This document shows positions 37,627-50,196 of a DNA stretch of 64,000 nt, one piece after another. The first letter of the stretch is position 1, and each line of letters starts with the position of its first letter. This stretch comes from Microbotryum violaceum. Lineage: Eukaryota. The notes beneath the pieces were generated by a model. The model was not told where the DNA came from, ran no database searches, and worked only from the letters and a program-made list of their open reading frames with translations. Made by a program: the position numbers and the translations under genes. Where the stretch lies: contig CDLV01000006.1 of the NCBI GenBank assembly GCA_001244265.2, positions 2,728,001-2,792,000 on the forward strand. Reading direction: 5' to 3'.

Positions 37627-39562
37627 CTATAGGAGAATAAACAACTCGGACGTAGCAGCGACAACGAGACTCATACCCGCAAAAATGACCAAACCGCCGT
37701 ACTTGCCCCCCTCAACTCCGAAGCCGACCGAAGCTTTGACGTGGTGCAATGGGTGAGCGAGCAAGAGGGACGATATTGGAGCCGTTAGGATTGAGCCCAG
37801 ACCGCGGGTGAAGGATATGAGACCAAAGAGGGTCGTGCAGAGGTTTGGGTCGTCCCGCGCGGCGTTGCGAATTACCGCGGCGTAGAGTGAGGTCCAGCCT
37901 CCGCAAGCGACACCGAGGACGAGGGAGAAGATGAGTAGGGGCGCAAGCGAAGTGGCTGTTCGGGATCGAGATCAAATCGCATCAGTCTTTACATTTCGGT
38001 GGCACCCGTTCAAAGTGAGACGCTTAATACGTACAGGTCACACCCCAAAGGATGAAAACGGAGAAAGCACTCGCGGCCAGCGTGATCGCACCAATGACGT
38101 GAGGACTGATCCTATCGCTCAAGATGCCGAGGTAAACTCGCGCAAACACGGACGAGGCATTGACGCAAGCGAGTGTGGCTGATCCGATTTTGTTGGAGAG
38201 CCCTATCGAAGTCGCAAAAGTCGGGAGGTACAAGGTCGGGACGAAGAAACCAAAGGCTTGTGCAACTGAACGGCGAATACAGGACGAAATCGGACACGAT
38301 CAGATTTCGCCAAGAGCTCGTCAAGAATCAGCGTTTGAGGTCTGCTTACTATTGGCGAACATGAAAACCCATAGGTTGGTGTTTCTCCACAAGCTCATGC
38401 GTCTTCTCCTCGTCGCCTCGTTCGAAGCGGGATCATTCTTGGCCTTGCCTCTGGAACCTTTGCCTACGGGGATCCGAGGTCGCAGCCAGGGCATGCTTGC
38501 GCCCAGCAAGGCCGCCGTCAAGACGCTTAGCACGCGCAAGGTCGTCGCAGATCCATACTTGGAGAGTAAGGCTTCGAGAGCGAAAGGGTATAGGACACCT
38601 CCGAGCGCAGTCCCAGCAAAACACACACCGTTGGCGAACCCTCGGCGTTGGACGAACCATTCCGAAAGAAAGGTGAACGTCGCGTAGTAGGCGAGACTCC
38701 CGCCGATGCTGTACATGAAGCCTTGCGTAAGAAGAAGTTGCCAAGCCGTCTTGGCGAACGAGGATAGGAGAAGTGCGAGTACGAGGATGCAGCAACCGAT
38801 TCGGATGGCTAATATCCGGAAGCTCGGGTAAGGATTGAGGAGGAGGGCGACAGGGGGACCTTTTGGGTAGGCATCCCACAGAAAACTTTAGGATGAGCAA
38901 TTGAGTCGTGATCAAGTACTCAACTACTCCTCACCCAGTAGATACATGGTTCCGGATGCGCATGCTCCTACGAGAGGTCTGTTATTATGTGCAAGGTAGT
39001 GCAACGCGGTGAGGCGACCCGAGCGAATCAGCGTCGGTCTGTTTTTTGACTCATGAAGCGGCGAACCAGTCGCATCGCGCACCCCTCTCACAGTAGCTCA
39101 CAGTAGTTTGGCGCCTACGGTCGAGCCATGCACACCTTCCTCCATGTAGTACGACAGAAATACACCGTATGCGCTCGGTAGACCCCAAATTACGGTCTCG
39201 ACGATGAAGGCGACGAAGAGAAAACGGTACGCTTCGGGCGAGCGATCAGCCTCGGGAAGCTGTCCGAGCGATGACGGTGCCGCGCTCTGTCGCTGCAAAC
39301 CTAGTGTCGTGGTCGAGGTCGAGAAGTGGTGCTGGGATAGATCCATCGACTCGAGTTCCATTGGACTGGGTGTCACATCTCCCGGTGTCGAGGGTGTGTG
39401 CAGGCCAGACGAACGTTTCTTGGAAGTGATCTCGTCGTCGCGGTCAAGGTCGTGGTCGTCAGCCCTCGCTTCGATCTCGGGCGAAGGTGGCCACGATTGC
39501 AATTCGGTCGAGTCGACAGCTTCCTGTGTCACCTTGTCGATCTCGGAGCTTCTTGTCTTCAT
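37627..39562 (-). CDS. MFS transporter, monocarboxylate-porter (Mch-like) family (multi-exon)
   Basis: EAYRFLFVAFIVETVIWGLPSAYGVFLSYY; QGFMYSIGGSLAYY..LSEWFVQRRGFANGVCFAGTALGGVLYPF; FFVPTLYLPTFA; ARVYLGILSDR; terminal GKYGGLVIFAG. Confidence 0.9.
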
Positions 39563-40443
39563 GTTGAGCGGTTGTGCGCCACGGGGTGTCGTATGTGCAC
39601 GTCCTGAAGGCGCGAGGCTCGAGGCTCGTCGTGCGGGCGGCACGAGTCAACTCGAGCGAGTTCGACCAGGACCCCCGAAAGCGCAGCCAGAGGCGCATGT
39701 GGAAATATGAGGCGCCGTTGGGGACACAAGATTCGCGCGCCGCGAAAAAGAAAAGAAAAATGCGCGGAGAAAAAAACAGGGGGGCCCTCAACTCCGGAGC
39801 CGGCTGGCTTTTGCTTTGATTGTCTGATGATCAATTCCTCGAAGATCTCGATGTTGATGGAGTAAATGCGGAGCTCGATTTCGCGGAGTACGGTGATGAT
39901 GACGATCAGGCACGCGATCGCGAAGACGGCGATCAGCAAGCCCTAGTAACGGAAGCGGAAGTAGACGATGAACTGCTGGTCGAAGAAGCGAAGGCGCTGT
40001 TCGAAGAGATCCGTGTTCAAGGTTGCGAGTCTGATGCTCTTGAGATTGAGGAGGCGCGGCGGAAGTATTTGGTGGCTGTTCGATGGTCGGAAGAGAACCT
40101 TGCAATGTGATAGCTTTTCAAATTGTACCCTATCGCTCGTTGCCTGGAATTGATGGTCCAAGCTGGACCTCATCCGAGTGACAAAGTGACAGCCGCGCCG
40201 TGTCGCTGATGCGCCGATCGTCTCTGTCTCGCACAAGAGTCAAGATTTGGTACATGTTACAATTTATTGTCTATAGTTGCAATCCAAACTCGCTAGTCTA
40301 CGAGAACGCATGGTTAGTCTCGTGGCCGCGGGGGACGAGAGGTTCGTTCCAAGCGTCGTGGGGAAAAAATCTCCGAAGGCGCGTTCGACAAGGGCGGGGA
40401 AGCAAGGCGAGTGTGAGCGTTTGGAGGTTCGGTCGAAAAGCTA

Positions 40444-42514
40444 CCCGCGGCTCGACCCTCCTCTTCGTCCCGCACCGATCAACAGAATCAGCCCCCCGCG
40501 CGTCATGACAACAAGTCAACCGATCTTGGCATTGCGACACGTATACGAGCCCGCCGTGCAGCTGTGCAGAACGGACAGCGTGGTCAGCGCGATGGCCAAC
40601 TCGACGCTGGGCTCGCCCCACCACCACCTCCGCAAAGGCGAGTGCGCCGGGCTCGAATCGCGCTCAAACCCCTCAAGCCCACGTTTCGATCCGCGACGAC
40701 CTCGGCCCGCAGACGGCCGTGTGCACCCACTGCAAGGCTCGGCACTGGCAACTAGGACCCCCCGTGTTTCGCGTGTTTGGTCGCCTCTACCATCGACTCG
40801 GTGCGCTGATCCCTGCCGTGAATCAACGCCCAGGCTTTGCCCAGACATGGCTGATCGACCCGGCCGAGGCCACCGACACTCGACTTGGACCCGACGGCGC
40901 AGACAGTCGCATGCAACGATCTACTTTGACCAAGCTCGAGTCCATTCTGCGCACCGGCAATCGCTTTGTGAGGGAGTTCGCATCGGCCAAACCTCGCGCA
41001 GGTTGGGATACGGCCAAAGAGTGGGTCCTGCGCCTCTGTCTACCACCTGGCCGAGACCGACGCACCCACAACCTTCCTACGTCAAGCACGGAAATGGCGA
41101 TGCTTATCTGCGATTCCGACACCAACACCGGAGATCGTGGACCGCAAGACCTTATTCTCCAGGTGCACGGTGATCGATGTCCCGATGGTCGGCCCAAGTA
41201 CCAAGTCGTTAGCTCGCTCCATCCGTCTGCGATGCCTCTCCGGTACCCAACACTCTTCGCCGCAGAGGAAAATAGCTCCCACCTCAACACTCCTCTTTGC
41301 GGGTTCCACCAAGCCGGGCCGCCCATCGCCAGAAACCGAGAGCAGATCGACAATGGTGTCCAATTGCGCGAGGTACTTGCCGGTCTCAGTCTGGATGAAG
41401 AAGACGAAGAGGAGGACGATGAGGATGAAGACGGCAAGGAAGACGACGAAGAAAATGATGATGGTGAACGTAAGCGTCTTCGGCTCTTTCTCGGATGTTC
41501 CATTCTATTAAGACGCAAGCACAGACTGACAGAGAGTGTTTAAACATCTAGGACGAAGGTCAAGGAGAAGGGGTCGGGGTGGATCAACCCGGGTCTCGCG
41601 TTCCCAATTCTTTGCATATTACTTGCACGAACGTGACGCCTACTTCTCAATTCCGCATGCCACCCAGCGTCTTTTCCTCTCGAGTTCGTGATCGACGGAT
41701 ACTCCCAAGTCGAGATCGATCGACTCAACTGCATCCGGTTGCATCAAGAAAAGCTGCGCCTCACCACGGCCCAAGGCTTCACCGACGGACGCTGTTGCCA
41801 ACGGCTTGACCCAGGATCAAACTGGACGTTCGATGATTTTGGGCTCGACGTTCACGAATAGCCCGCGCGGGATCACTCGGCGTTGATCGCTCAGCGTTAC
41901 TAAGATGCGATGGCCTGCGTCGTCAAACATGGAAAGCCTTCGCTGTTCATCACGGTGATGTGCAACCCCGAACGGCCGGAAATCAAGGCGGCTGCACGGG
42001 GGCCAAATGAAAAAACATGCAACCATCCGGATATCATTGCAAGAGTGCTTGAAGCCAAGTTGGACCGACTCTGCGACGACGTTTTGGGCAACCAGCAACG
42101 GGCGGCTGTTTCGGCGATGAATGGATAATCGTTTCTTTGCTGTACTCCGTATTGTGTTCTTTTACCTCTGCTCAATCCAATTCTCCTACTATTTTGAGTT
42201 TCATCATTCCGTTAATTCAACGGGTTCCCACTGGTCTACATATAAGATTGCACGACAAAACAAGGTTCTCAGCCGCGCGTGCGCGACGATTTTTTTTTTC
42301 CCCTACTGTAAGGGGATGCCTTACAGAACAGCCCTATAAGTAGCCTCTGAGTAGCTAGAACTGCCGAGTTCTAGTTACTGCTTTTAATGACAGATTGTAT
42401 TTTGTGCACATCAGAGGCGCATATCTTACACCTACAGTCCGGGAGGTGCGGGCGGAGCTCGCAACGACCTTCAATTACGCAGGGAGGTGGGCGCACAGCG
42501 CCCCCGAGCCCTAG
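40444..42514 (+). mobile_element. Helitron, internally deleted, with canonical 3' terminus
   Basis: CTHCKARHW, GPPVFRVFGRLYHRLGALIP..RPGFAQTWLIDP, SLHPSAMPLRYP.LF, DAMACVVKHGKPSLFITVMCNP, PDIIARV (Helitron_like_N region). Ends in hairpin gggcgc-aca-gcgccc followed by CTAG|T (42511-42515). No PIF1 helicase; 5' end not located. Confidence 0.9.
42307..42430. mobile_element. Short solo-LTR-like element with 5-bp TSD, nested in the Helitron tail
   Basis: TGTAAG...CTTACA termini flanked by cctac/cctac; related copy inverted at 56969-57112. Confidence 0.85.
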
Positions 42515-42532
42515 TTATCTATATAAGTCTTA

Positions 42533-42783
42533 CACCGATTAGGCTAGCTTTCGCTTCACGGCTTGTGGGATGTCTAGATCTACCAAGCTTTCTCCGGGCC
42601 AAAAAACATAAAAGCTGCTTTATCGCGTCCGCGCGCTCCAATTCATTTGGCTGGGTTATAGGACCTGCCGATCTGTGGTTAATGGACCTGCCGATCTGTA
42701 TTGCTGCCCCCTCGCCCACCCCGGTACAGTGCACCTCTAGACATCCCACAAGCCGTGAAGCGAAAGCTATAAGCTAATCGGTG
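42533..42783. mobile_element. MITE-like element with long terminal inverted repeats
   Basis: 34-bp perfect IR tagctttcgcttcacggcttgtgggatgtctaga (42545-42578 / 42736-42769), extended by caccgattag/ctaatcggtg. Non-coding interior; TSD unclear. Confidence 0.75.
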
Positions 42784-42866
42784 AATGCGCCTATCAAGAA
42801 GCTTCCCTGTCGAATCTGTTGTAAACCCTCTTGGGTGACATTCCACTCCCCAAAGTACAACCAGGT

Positions 42867-45800
42867 CTATTTCCTCGAAGCTGCCTCAGCCATACTCAAC
42901 TCGATCGCGAACCTCAGATCGTCTTCTTCCCTCCTCCTCATCTCCTCCTCCCGACTCTGTTGGATACTCCTCGTCAAAACCTCGTCCGTAGCCAGATCCG
43001 CGAGGGTTAAAATAGACCCCCTTAACTGCCGCGTCAGCAATGAAGTCCCACCTTGTTGACTTGCCGCGAAGAGCGAGCTTGTGGGTCGAGTGGAAGGATG
43101 CAGAGGTGAAGGACTGCCAGGAGAAGGAGAGGGGGACGTCGATCCGGCCCTGGCAACGACGTTCCAACCTCGATTCGTCGTGATGCTACTCGCTGGAGTC
43201 GCGGATTCGGGACTGATGGTCGGGCTAGCGTTGCTCTTGCTGCTTGGGGTCGGCGACTGGGACCTCGAGCTCGAAGCGACGGGCCAGAGATCGGCACTCA
43301 TGTCCGGGGCAGGTCCGGAGGGAGGATAGCCTCGACTCGTTGCCGAGCCATACGTAGGACCAAGCCTAGGCGAAAGATGTACTTTCGCACGCGGGGACGT
43401 GGATGAAAGATGGTAGGACGAGAAAGAAGGCGACGCGTGTTGAGGTGAGTGGGAGGCCGGGCGCCACGTGAAAGACGTCGAGCGACTCGAAGGTGAAGAG
43501 GATCCATTCGAGAGTGATGACCCTCGCAGCGTGGGAGAAGTTGGGACAGAAAGCGATAGCGATAGTGAAGCACTGAGACTGGGTCTTGATAAGTGATCCT
43601 CGTCGTCGTCGTCGTCATCATCATCGTCCCAGTCGTGCGCCAAAGACGATGACGGTATCCGGTTGCCAAACGATCGGCTGGGTCGTTCGTGATACGCTTC
43701 TGGTGAATCGTCGAGCGATATTCCCTCCATGTCGAGAAGCTCTTCTGGAATGGGCTCAAAAGCCGGCGAGTTGACTCCTGAGCTGGTTGCTGACTCAGTA
43801 AACCACTTCGCCTCCTCTTCCTCCGCCGAGAGTATCAAGGCAAGAGCGACCGCTTCATCCTCAGTCATGTTGTCCAATGAAGACGGTACTCCAAAGTTGA
43901 CGGCGATACGATGCTCGTTCGTCAACCGCTGGACGCGATCGATGTACTCGTTCGATAGCGAATCAATCGACTCTTTGATCTCGGACCTCAGCTCCATCCC
44001 GGACCTGAAGCGTTCCGTCCGAGCCGACATCTTGCCTCCTACGCCAACGACGCCCTTGAGCTTCTTTTTGCCCAGATCGGGCGTGATCCTCCAAGCAAGC
44101 ACGCGACTACCGATTGCTGCCACTACAGCTTCTCGACTTGCTCGGATATGAGAGACACTCCATCGCTCCTCGTCGTTGGCATCGATCTGGCCTGCCGCTA
44201 GCATCCGAGCCGGCATTCGTGGAGCCGTTCGATCCTTGAACGTCCGCAGCAGCGAATGTGTCAGCGCGTCGTAACAGCGGACCGTTCCGTCGAGTGATCC
44301 GACAAAGATCATCGCCTCGGTCACTTCGAGCGCCGTCACGCGGGAATCGGAGGTCAGCGTCGTTTGATGAGGGTCGACCTTGGCATCGGTCGAGTCGACG
44401 TCCCAGTCCCACGTGTGCACTCGGCCTGAAGCGTCGCCAGCAACGACGTATTTGCGTCGACCGAAAGAGCTCGAGCCACCCGGTTGCTGGGTATCCGATG
44501 AGGGGTGGCCGAGCTCAGTCTCAAGCAGTGATGTTGTCGACCCTGCAAGTGAAGCAAGCGAAGCTTTGCTCGAAGACGTCGGGAGATTCTCATGGACGGG
44601 AATCGAAGGGTCGTTAGGGGTGAATCCCGTGACGCGACCTTCTCTGGTCGTCAAGTGAACTAGCGCCAGAGAAGTGGGAGGCTCGTTAAAGTCGAATGCG
44701 AACGCCGACAAATTTCCAAGGTGCTTGAACGGATGCGCAAAGACGACGCGCGCAGGCGGCGACGGTGCTGCATCATCGAACGAGTACTTTAAGAACTCGG
44801 AGCGACCTGTCGCGTGGACCAATAATCGGTGCGAATCATGCAGTGGAGAGTGATCGAAATGAAGGACATCGATTGGGTCTGTAGTGCGTGAATCGAGCTC
44901 GTGGAAGGAGAAAGCCTCGGCCGGTTCTCGCAGGTTCCGGGAATCAAGGTCGATTTTGGTCCAGCACAGCACGGCGCCAGTGCTCAGGCCAAGAGCAATC
45001 GCGGCTAAACGAGATTGCTTACCGCTCCAGCCGGGATCGAAAGCCACTGCGGTCACCTTGGGAGGTACGGATCCGAGTCGTGCATCGTTACCGACGGTCG
45101 CTCGAATCGCCGCGTCGACGCGAGTGGACCAGATTTTGATCGCGGGTGCCATCCGATCCCTCGCATTCGAGTTCGAGCTCACTTGCCAGACGGCGACCAA
45201 CCCATCCTGTCCTACCGAAACGAACACATCGGCTCGAGTCCGTGGGCCCGGCCGACCAAAGGCGAGCGCGACTACATCCGTTCCTTCTCGATGGGCGTTG
45301 TCGATGGCTCTCATTTCACCTCGCTCTCCCACACCGGCTACTACACCTCGGCCAGTCGCTCGACAGCTGACGATCCGGATCGTTCCATCCGCCATACCAA
45401 AGACTATCCGAGTCCCATCGGATGAAATGACCGAGCTTGTAACCGGAACTGACGCAAAGCCGAGCGGGCGACCTAGGTTATCCACGGGCGTGGCGTGTAT
45501 GGTTCCTCGGGTCACCTTACCAGTGAAAGGGATCGAATGAGCGGCCAAACCGAGCTGCTCGGACAAGGAGAGCAATACTGGCGACAGAACCGCGTGCGTT
45601 GTGCGAGGTGAGGATGAACCTGTGGCTACCCCCTGCGAGGAGGGCAGATTAATGTGCATCGATGACAAGGGCCCAATGTTAGGATTGTGGGTCAGAGCTG
45701 GAGTACGAGACTTGCTCCATCGACTGTGAGATGTCCATGAAGAAGTATTTCAGTCGTCGAGAAACGAACTAGACCCAGTCTCATGTCAGCTTACTGCAGT

Positions 45801-46650
45801 AACAAGACCCGACTGCGGTACTCTGCTTTCCAGGACGTCGGTTCGATCCGACGACCCAGCGAAACCGATCCATTCGGCGCGACGAGCCCATAGTACGTTT
45901 CAAAGGCGCTCTGTGTTCAAACAAGTGATCGATCAGCACGAACGCGTTCGAGAGAGATTCGGATTGGGTTGCATCGACGCACTCTCCAGCTCGCTTCGTC
46001 CGAGATGACCTCGTTCCACCTTCGACAGACGAGCTGTGCCGCATGGAGGGATGACGGTGAAAGGTGGGCGAAAACGTGGGATAGTAGTTCGGTAGGTAGA
46101 TGTTGTATCGGAACCGATCTGAGAAAGGTGTAGTCTTGTCAGCAAGTTGACATCAGGGTCGTTGAAGCGGTCTAAGCTGTTCGCCGAGTACGATGTCGCC
46201 GCGGAGCTCGATCGAATGGAGAAAGACATGTTGCAGTGTCCCATAGCTACAAGCTCACCTTGGTGAGAGCGTTCTAAGGTATATTGACTTCAAATGCAGG
46301 GCATTGCCCATGGCCAATCCAAATCTCGAAGGTCGGTCTCGACGTCTCGTTGGTTGCTGGGGCGACTTGGCGGCCCCCACGCACTTCATCCAACGCGGTG
46401 ACCGGTGACGACCTCGACAGTGCACCACGGATGACACTTACCCATAAGCCTTTTTAGCTCTCATCTTACCCTTGCCTCCAGAAGGCCCCGCACTCCTCCC
46501 GAGATACCCATTCGACGTTGGCGTCGAGGCTACGAAGCTCCCAGGTCCACCCGACGCAGACGTTGACGTCGACGACGACGAGTTCGAAGGCCCACCGCCG
46601 AGAGTCCATGATCGAGGACTGTAGGACGTGTCAGGGACGTGGTTGACCAT
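42867..46650 (-). CDS. F-box / WD40-like / UIM protein (Ufo1/Pof10-like architecture, multi-exon)
   Basis: Exon near 45990-46115 translates IQHLPTELLSHVFAHLSPSSLHAAQLVCRRWNEVISDEASWR (F-box; absent from the ORF track). ORF 42867-45668 has WD-like SVGQDGLVAVW, AGDASGRVHTWD and VGSLDGTVRCYD, plus two UIM-like helices (MTEDEAVALALILSAEE, EEDDLRFAIELSMAE). Start codon tentative. Confidence 0.85.
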
Positions 46651-46832
46651 GGTGTGGAGGGATACGGGTAGGCTATGGATTGATCGGGGCCCTGATGGGG
46701 GAGAGGGAAGCTGAGCCAAGGCGCAGAGCGTTGGGAAAGAAGCCAAGAGTGGAACGTGCAGCTTCAGGCGAGGCAACAAGGCGAGCTCCATAGCAACCCA
46801 GTAGCAACCCCCCCCTGAAATGGGCTGATCCC

Positions 46833-46886
46833 GGAGCAGAGGTAAAAGATCGCAATACGAGGTACAGCAAAGGGACGATTATCCAT
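46833..46886 (-). repeat. Small inverted fragment of the Helitron tail
   Basis: Reverse complement atggataatcgtccctttgctgtacctcgtattgcgatcttttacctctgctc closely matches 42121-42172. Confidence 0.75.
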
Positions 46887-48022
46887 AAAGGACAAAAATG
46901 CCCTCGCTTCTTTTCATGAGGACAAAAATGCCCTCGGATTCTCGACTTCTGTAATACTTGATATATCAGCTCACAACCAAGAGGGAATCTTCTTGTAGTC
47001 GTTGTAATCAGCGTTGTATACTCATAATCTCCAGAGATGCCGTGAGAAGTCAGTTATCACGGTCGCAAACTCAGGGGCCTCATCGATCGTCGACGCGTCG
47101 AGGCGCGCGAGTTCGCGAATCGACGTTGGCCACCTTCCGCATTCTCGCCCCGACATCGAAGTCACCACCGACTTTCGACAATGAAACATTCTTTCAAGGA
47201 GGGGAAAAGTCTCTAGAAGGAGATCACAGATGCAGGCTATCGATATGCCCTTGATCACCAGTTTCAGCTCGACGTTCGCAAGTCTGACACGCGTCGTTGG
47301 CACGTCGTGCGCAAGAGTGTCCAAGATCCTCCGTGCGTTTTCTCTGCCACTACTGTTGCTAAAGGAGAAGGCGGTGTTTCGACGATCACTGTCTTCAATG
47401 AAGCCCACGGTTGCCAATCGCTGCAACACACCGGCGACAGCAAAGTTCCCGCTCGCGTGCTTGGCAACGTGATCACCGACAAAGTGATCGACACCCCCTA
47501 CTACGCGCCCAAGGAGCTTCAGAAGAATCAAAAGGGTGTCATTATCATTCCGCCACATTTCCCCAAGCGTACAGGACGTCCGATCAAGCGCAGGATCCGG
47601 GGTGCCGACGAGAGGGCCAAGCGCGACACGATCTGAGGCCTCTGCAAAAGGCCCGGACACAACCGACTTACATGCGATAGATAAACAGACCATTTGAATC
47701 TAAGCATAAGGCGTTGAAAGCGTCAATGTTACTACAAGTTGAAGGCATGCTGGTCTGTTTCATATGGGAATTAACTGCGGTCTATACTCATCGCTCGCTT
47801 TCGACTTGGACTCGCCTCAGTCGCGATGAGGCCCCTGAGTTTGCGACCGTGATAACTGACTTCTCACGGCATCTCTGGAGATTCTGGGTATACAACGCTG
47901 ATCACAACGACTACAAGAAGATTCCCTCTTGGTTGTGAGCTGATATATCAAGTATTACAGAAGTCGAGAATCCGAGGGCATTTTTGTCCTCATAAAAAGA
48001 AGCGAGGGCATTCTTGTCCTTT
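46887..48022 (+). mobile_element. Non-autonomous Mutator-like (MULE) element with ~200-bp TIRs
   Basis: 46887-47085 and 47824-48022 are near-perfect inverted repeats with internal ggacaaaaatgccctcg subrepeats. The interior encodes PPHFPKRTGRPIKRRIRG...TI*GLCKRPGHNRLTC, resembling the C-terminal GRP..R plus zinc knuckle of MULE transposases. No TSD seen. Confidence 0.75.
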
Positions 48023-48720
48023 CGCTATGTTTCGAGGGCATTTTGTGTGTTTTTCTCAAAAAAAAAATCGCCTCCGGCGGGGCTTTCGGGCAGTCCAGTT
48101 CGACCGAGTTCGACCCCTCGACCACGGGATCAGACGAGATCCCGAGTACGCTCTCCCGAACGCGTGCGGCCAGCCGTCATTGACTCACAATCAGCCGACG
48201 CGGACAAGACTTATTACCAATTATAGGGAAAATTGCACACTAAAAATAATGAACAAAGGGTTATTGATAAGCTTACGCGCTGGTCTCAGTTGCGATGATC
48301 AGCGTGATCATCCAGTGGCCGGGCGGGGCGGCCGACATGCGATCGGCGCGAGTTTCTCAAACGGCCGAACCTGACGCCGCGATCAGATGTCGCTCCCATC
48401 TCCCAAACATCGCTGCGGAAGGGACAAATTCCCAGTTTTCTTTTGAGCAAGTTGAGTCGGGCAAAAGAGGAAATTCGATGGGATCGTCTCAACCAGAAAG
48501 CTTAGCTCGCAGAGTTCAAATGCGCAGTTCGATCGGAGGCGAGCTCCGGATCCGAAGTGAGGGGGAGTATCATGAGAGGATTGCAAACGAAGCGAGACCA
48601 GCTACAATTTGGAACGAGGGTGAAGGAAGCAGAAGAAAATCGAAGAAAACAAGAGCAGATTTAAGTCCCCTGGAACCATCATCTTATCCAACACTGAGGA
48701 AGAAGCATTATGCGCGCTGC

Positions 48721-50196
48721 TTAATGCAAGCGCTTGCTATGCGAGCGACGAAGGCGCGCCGAGGTCGCGGGGCTGGAAGCAGCGACGGGAGGAAAGAGTC
48801 AGCACGAGGAAAGTAGGAAAGACATCAGATGAAGAGAAAGCCGGAGGGGAGAACTGACCAGACCGACTTGTTGTAGCAAGCCTTGACGGCGACCTTCTCG
48901 GGGCACTTGTCGGTGAAGTCGGAGCATTGGCCGGCAACACCGTGGACGACTCCGGGCGAGTACTGGAAGCCGTCGAATCCACCACCACCAATCTGGATAC
49001 CGCATTGGTTGCCATCCCAGAAGTCAAACGAGGCGCAGTTCTTGCTCAAGCAGTAGGCGGCGCAGGCATCGATCGAGGCGACTGTGACGGCTGCTTCACC
49101 GTCAGCCGTCGACTGGAAGTCGTCGTAGAACGCCACGGACTTCTTCGTGCAGGTGCTGACAGAGAATTGATCATCGAAGAAAAAATGAGCTAATTATTCT
49201 TTTCAAACCCGAGGGGGCATCGAATGCGAGTGACGATCGGAGAGAAGTGACTCACGGAACAGGGACGTCGGGGACACATTGACCGTCTTTCTTGGAGAAG
49301 TCGGTGTTGCACTCTAAGTCGCACTTGTTGTCCGTGCAGATAGGGGTGCCGTTGCCGTTGGGGCAGCTGGGGCACTTGGTGACATCGCAGGTAGGAGTAT
49401 CGGCAACGCACTCGCCATCGACCTCGCTAAAGCCCGAGTTGCAGTTAAAGTCGCAGTCACCAGAGCTCGTGCAGATCGACTGCGAGTTGGCGACGACGGG
49501 GCACTTGGTTGGATCGCAGACGGGGACGCACTTGCCGTCGACCTTGTTGAAGCCCGAGTTGCAGTTGAAGTCGCACGACTGGTCGTCCTTACACACCGGG
49601 GTGGCGTTGGCCACGACGGGGCACTTGTTGGCGTTACAGGCGGGAACGCACTTGCCGTTGACTTTGCTGAAGCCTGACTTGCAGTTGAAGTCGCACGACT
49701 GGTCGTCCTTGCACACCGGGGTGGCGTTGGCGACAGCCGGGCACAACAACGGCTTGCAGCTGGAAAAAGGGTGAAAATGCACACCGCGCGCGCCAAAGTA
49801 TCAGCCATCATGGGCTTGAAGGGGAGTAGACGCCGAGACGCAAACAGCTACTCACGGCTTCACGCAAGACGAGCCGATCTTGATGGTGCCGCTGAGGCAC
49901 TGGAAGTCGCACTGGTCGTTGGTGCAGAGCGGTAGCGAGTAAGAAGGTTTCGGGCAGTTGAGGGGGTTGCACGGCGGCGTCGTCGGGCATTTTTGGATCC
50001 AGAAGGTTCGCTTGCGAAGACAGAAGGTACGCTTTTCGAGTGACTCGACATCGTCGCGCTTCCAAAGCTTGCCGTTGCAGCAGTACTTGAAGAGGTTGCG
50101 CTTCTCGACGGCCATCTCGTCCGCGGTCAGCGCCGAGGCCGAGACGAAGGAAGTGAGCGCGGGCGCCGCGGCCATGAGGAAAGTGAAGAGTTGCAT
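48721..50196 (-). CDS. Secreted cysteine-rich repeat protein, copy 1 (4 exons, 5 Cys modules plus C-terminal Cys domain)
   Basis: Signal peptide MQLFTFLMAAAPALTSFVSASA; KR sites; modules of the form C..KCP.VAN..P.C....CDFNCNSGF.KVDGKCV; exon 3 CAAYCLSKNCASFDFWDGNQC; last exon CPATSARLRRSHSKRLH*. GT-AG junctions keep frame. Confidence 0.9.

Noticed and set aside
21942-39562. Biosynthetic gene cluster (glycosyltransferase, hydrolase, flippase, MFS)
   Set aside because: The components are conserved housekeeping genes with no backbone synthase.
39820-40110. Acidic 96-aa ORF upstream of the MFS gene
   Set aside because: Non-ATG start and no recognisable family. It may be a TE or gene remnant but cannot be supported as a CDS.
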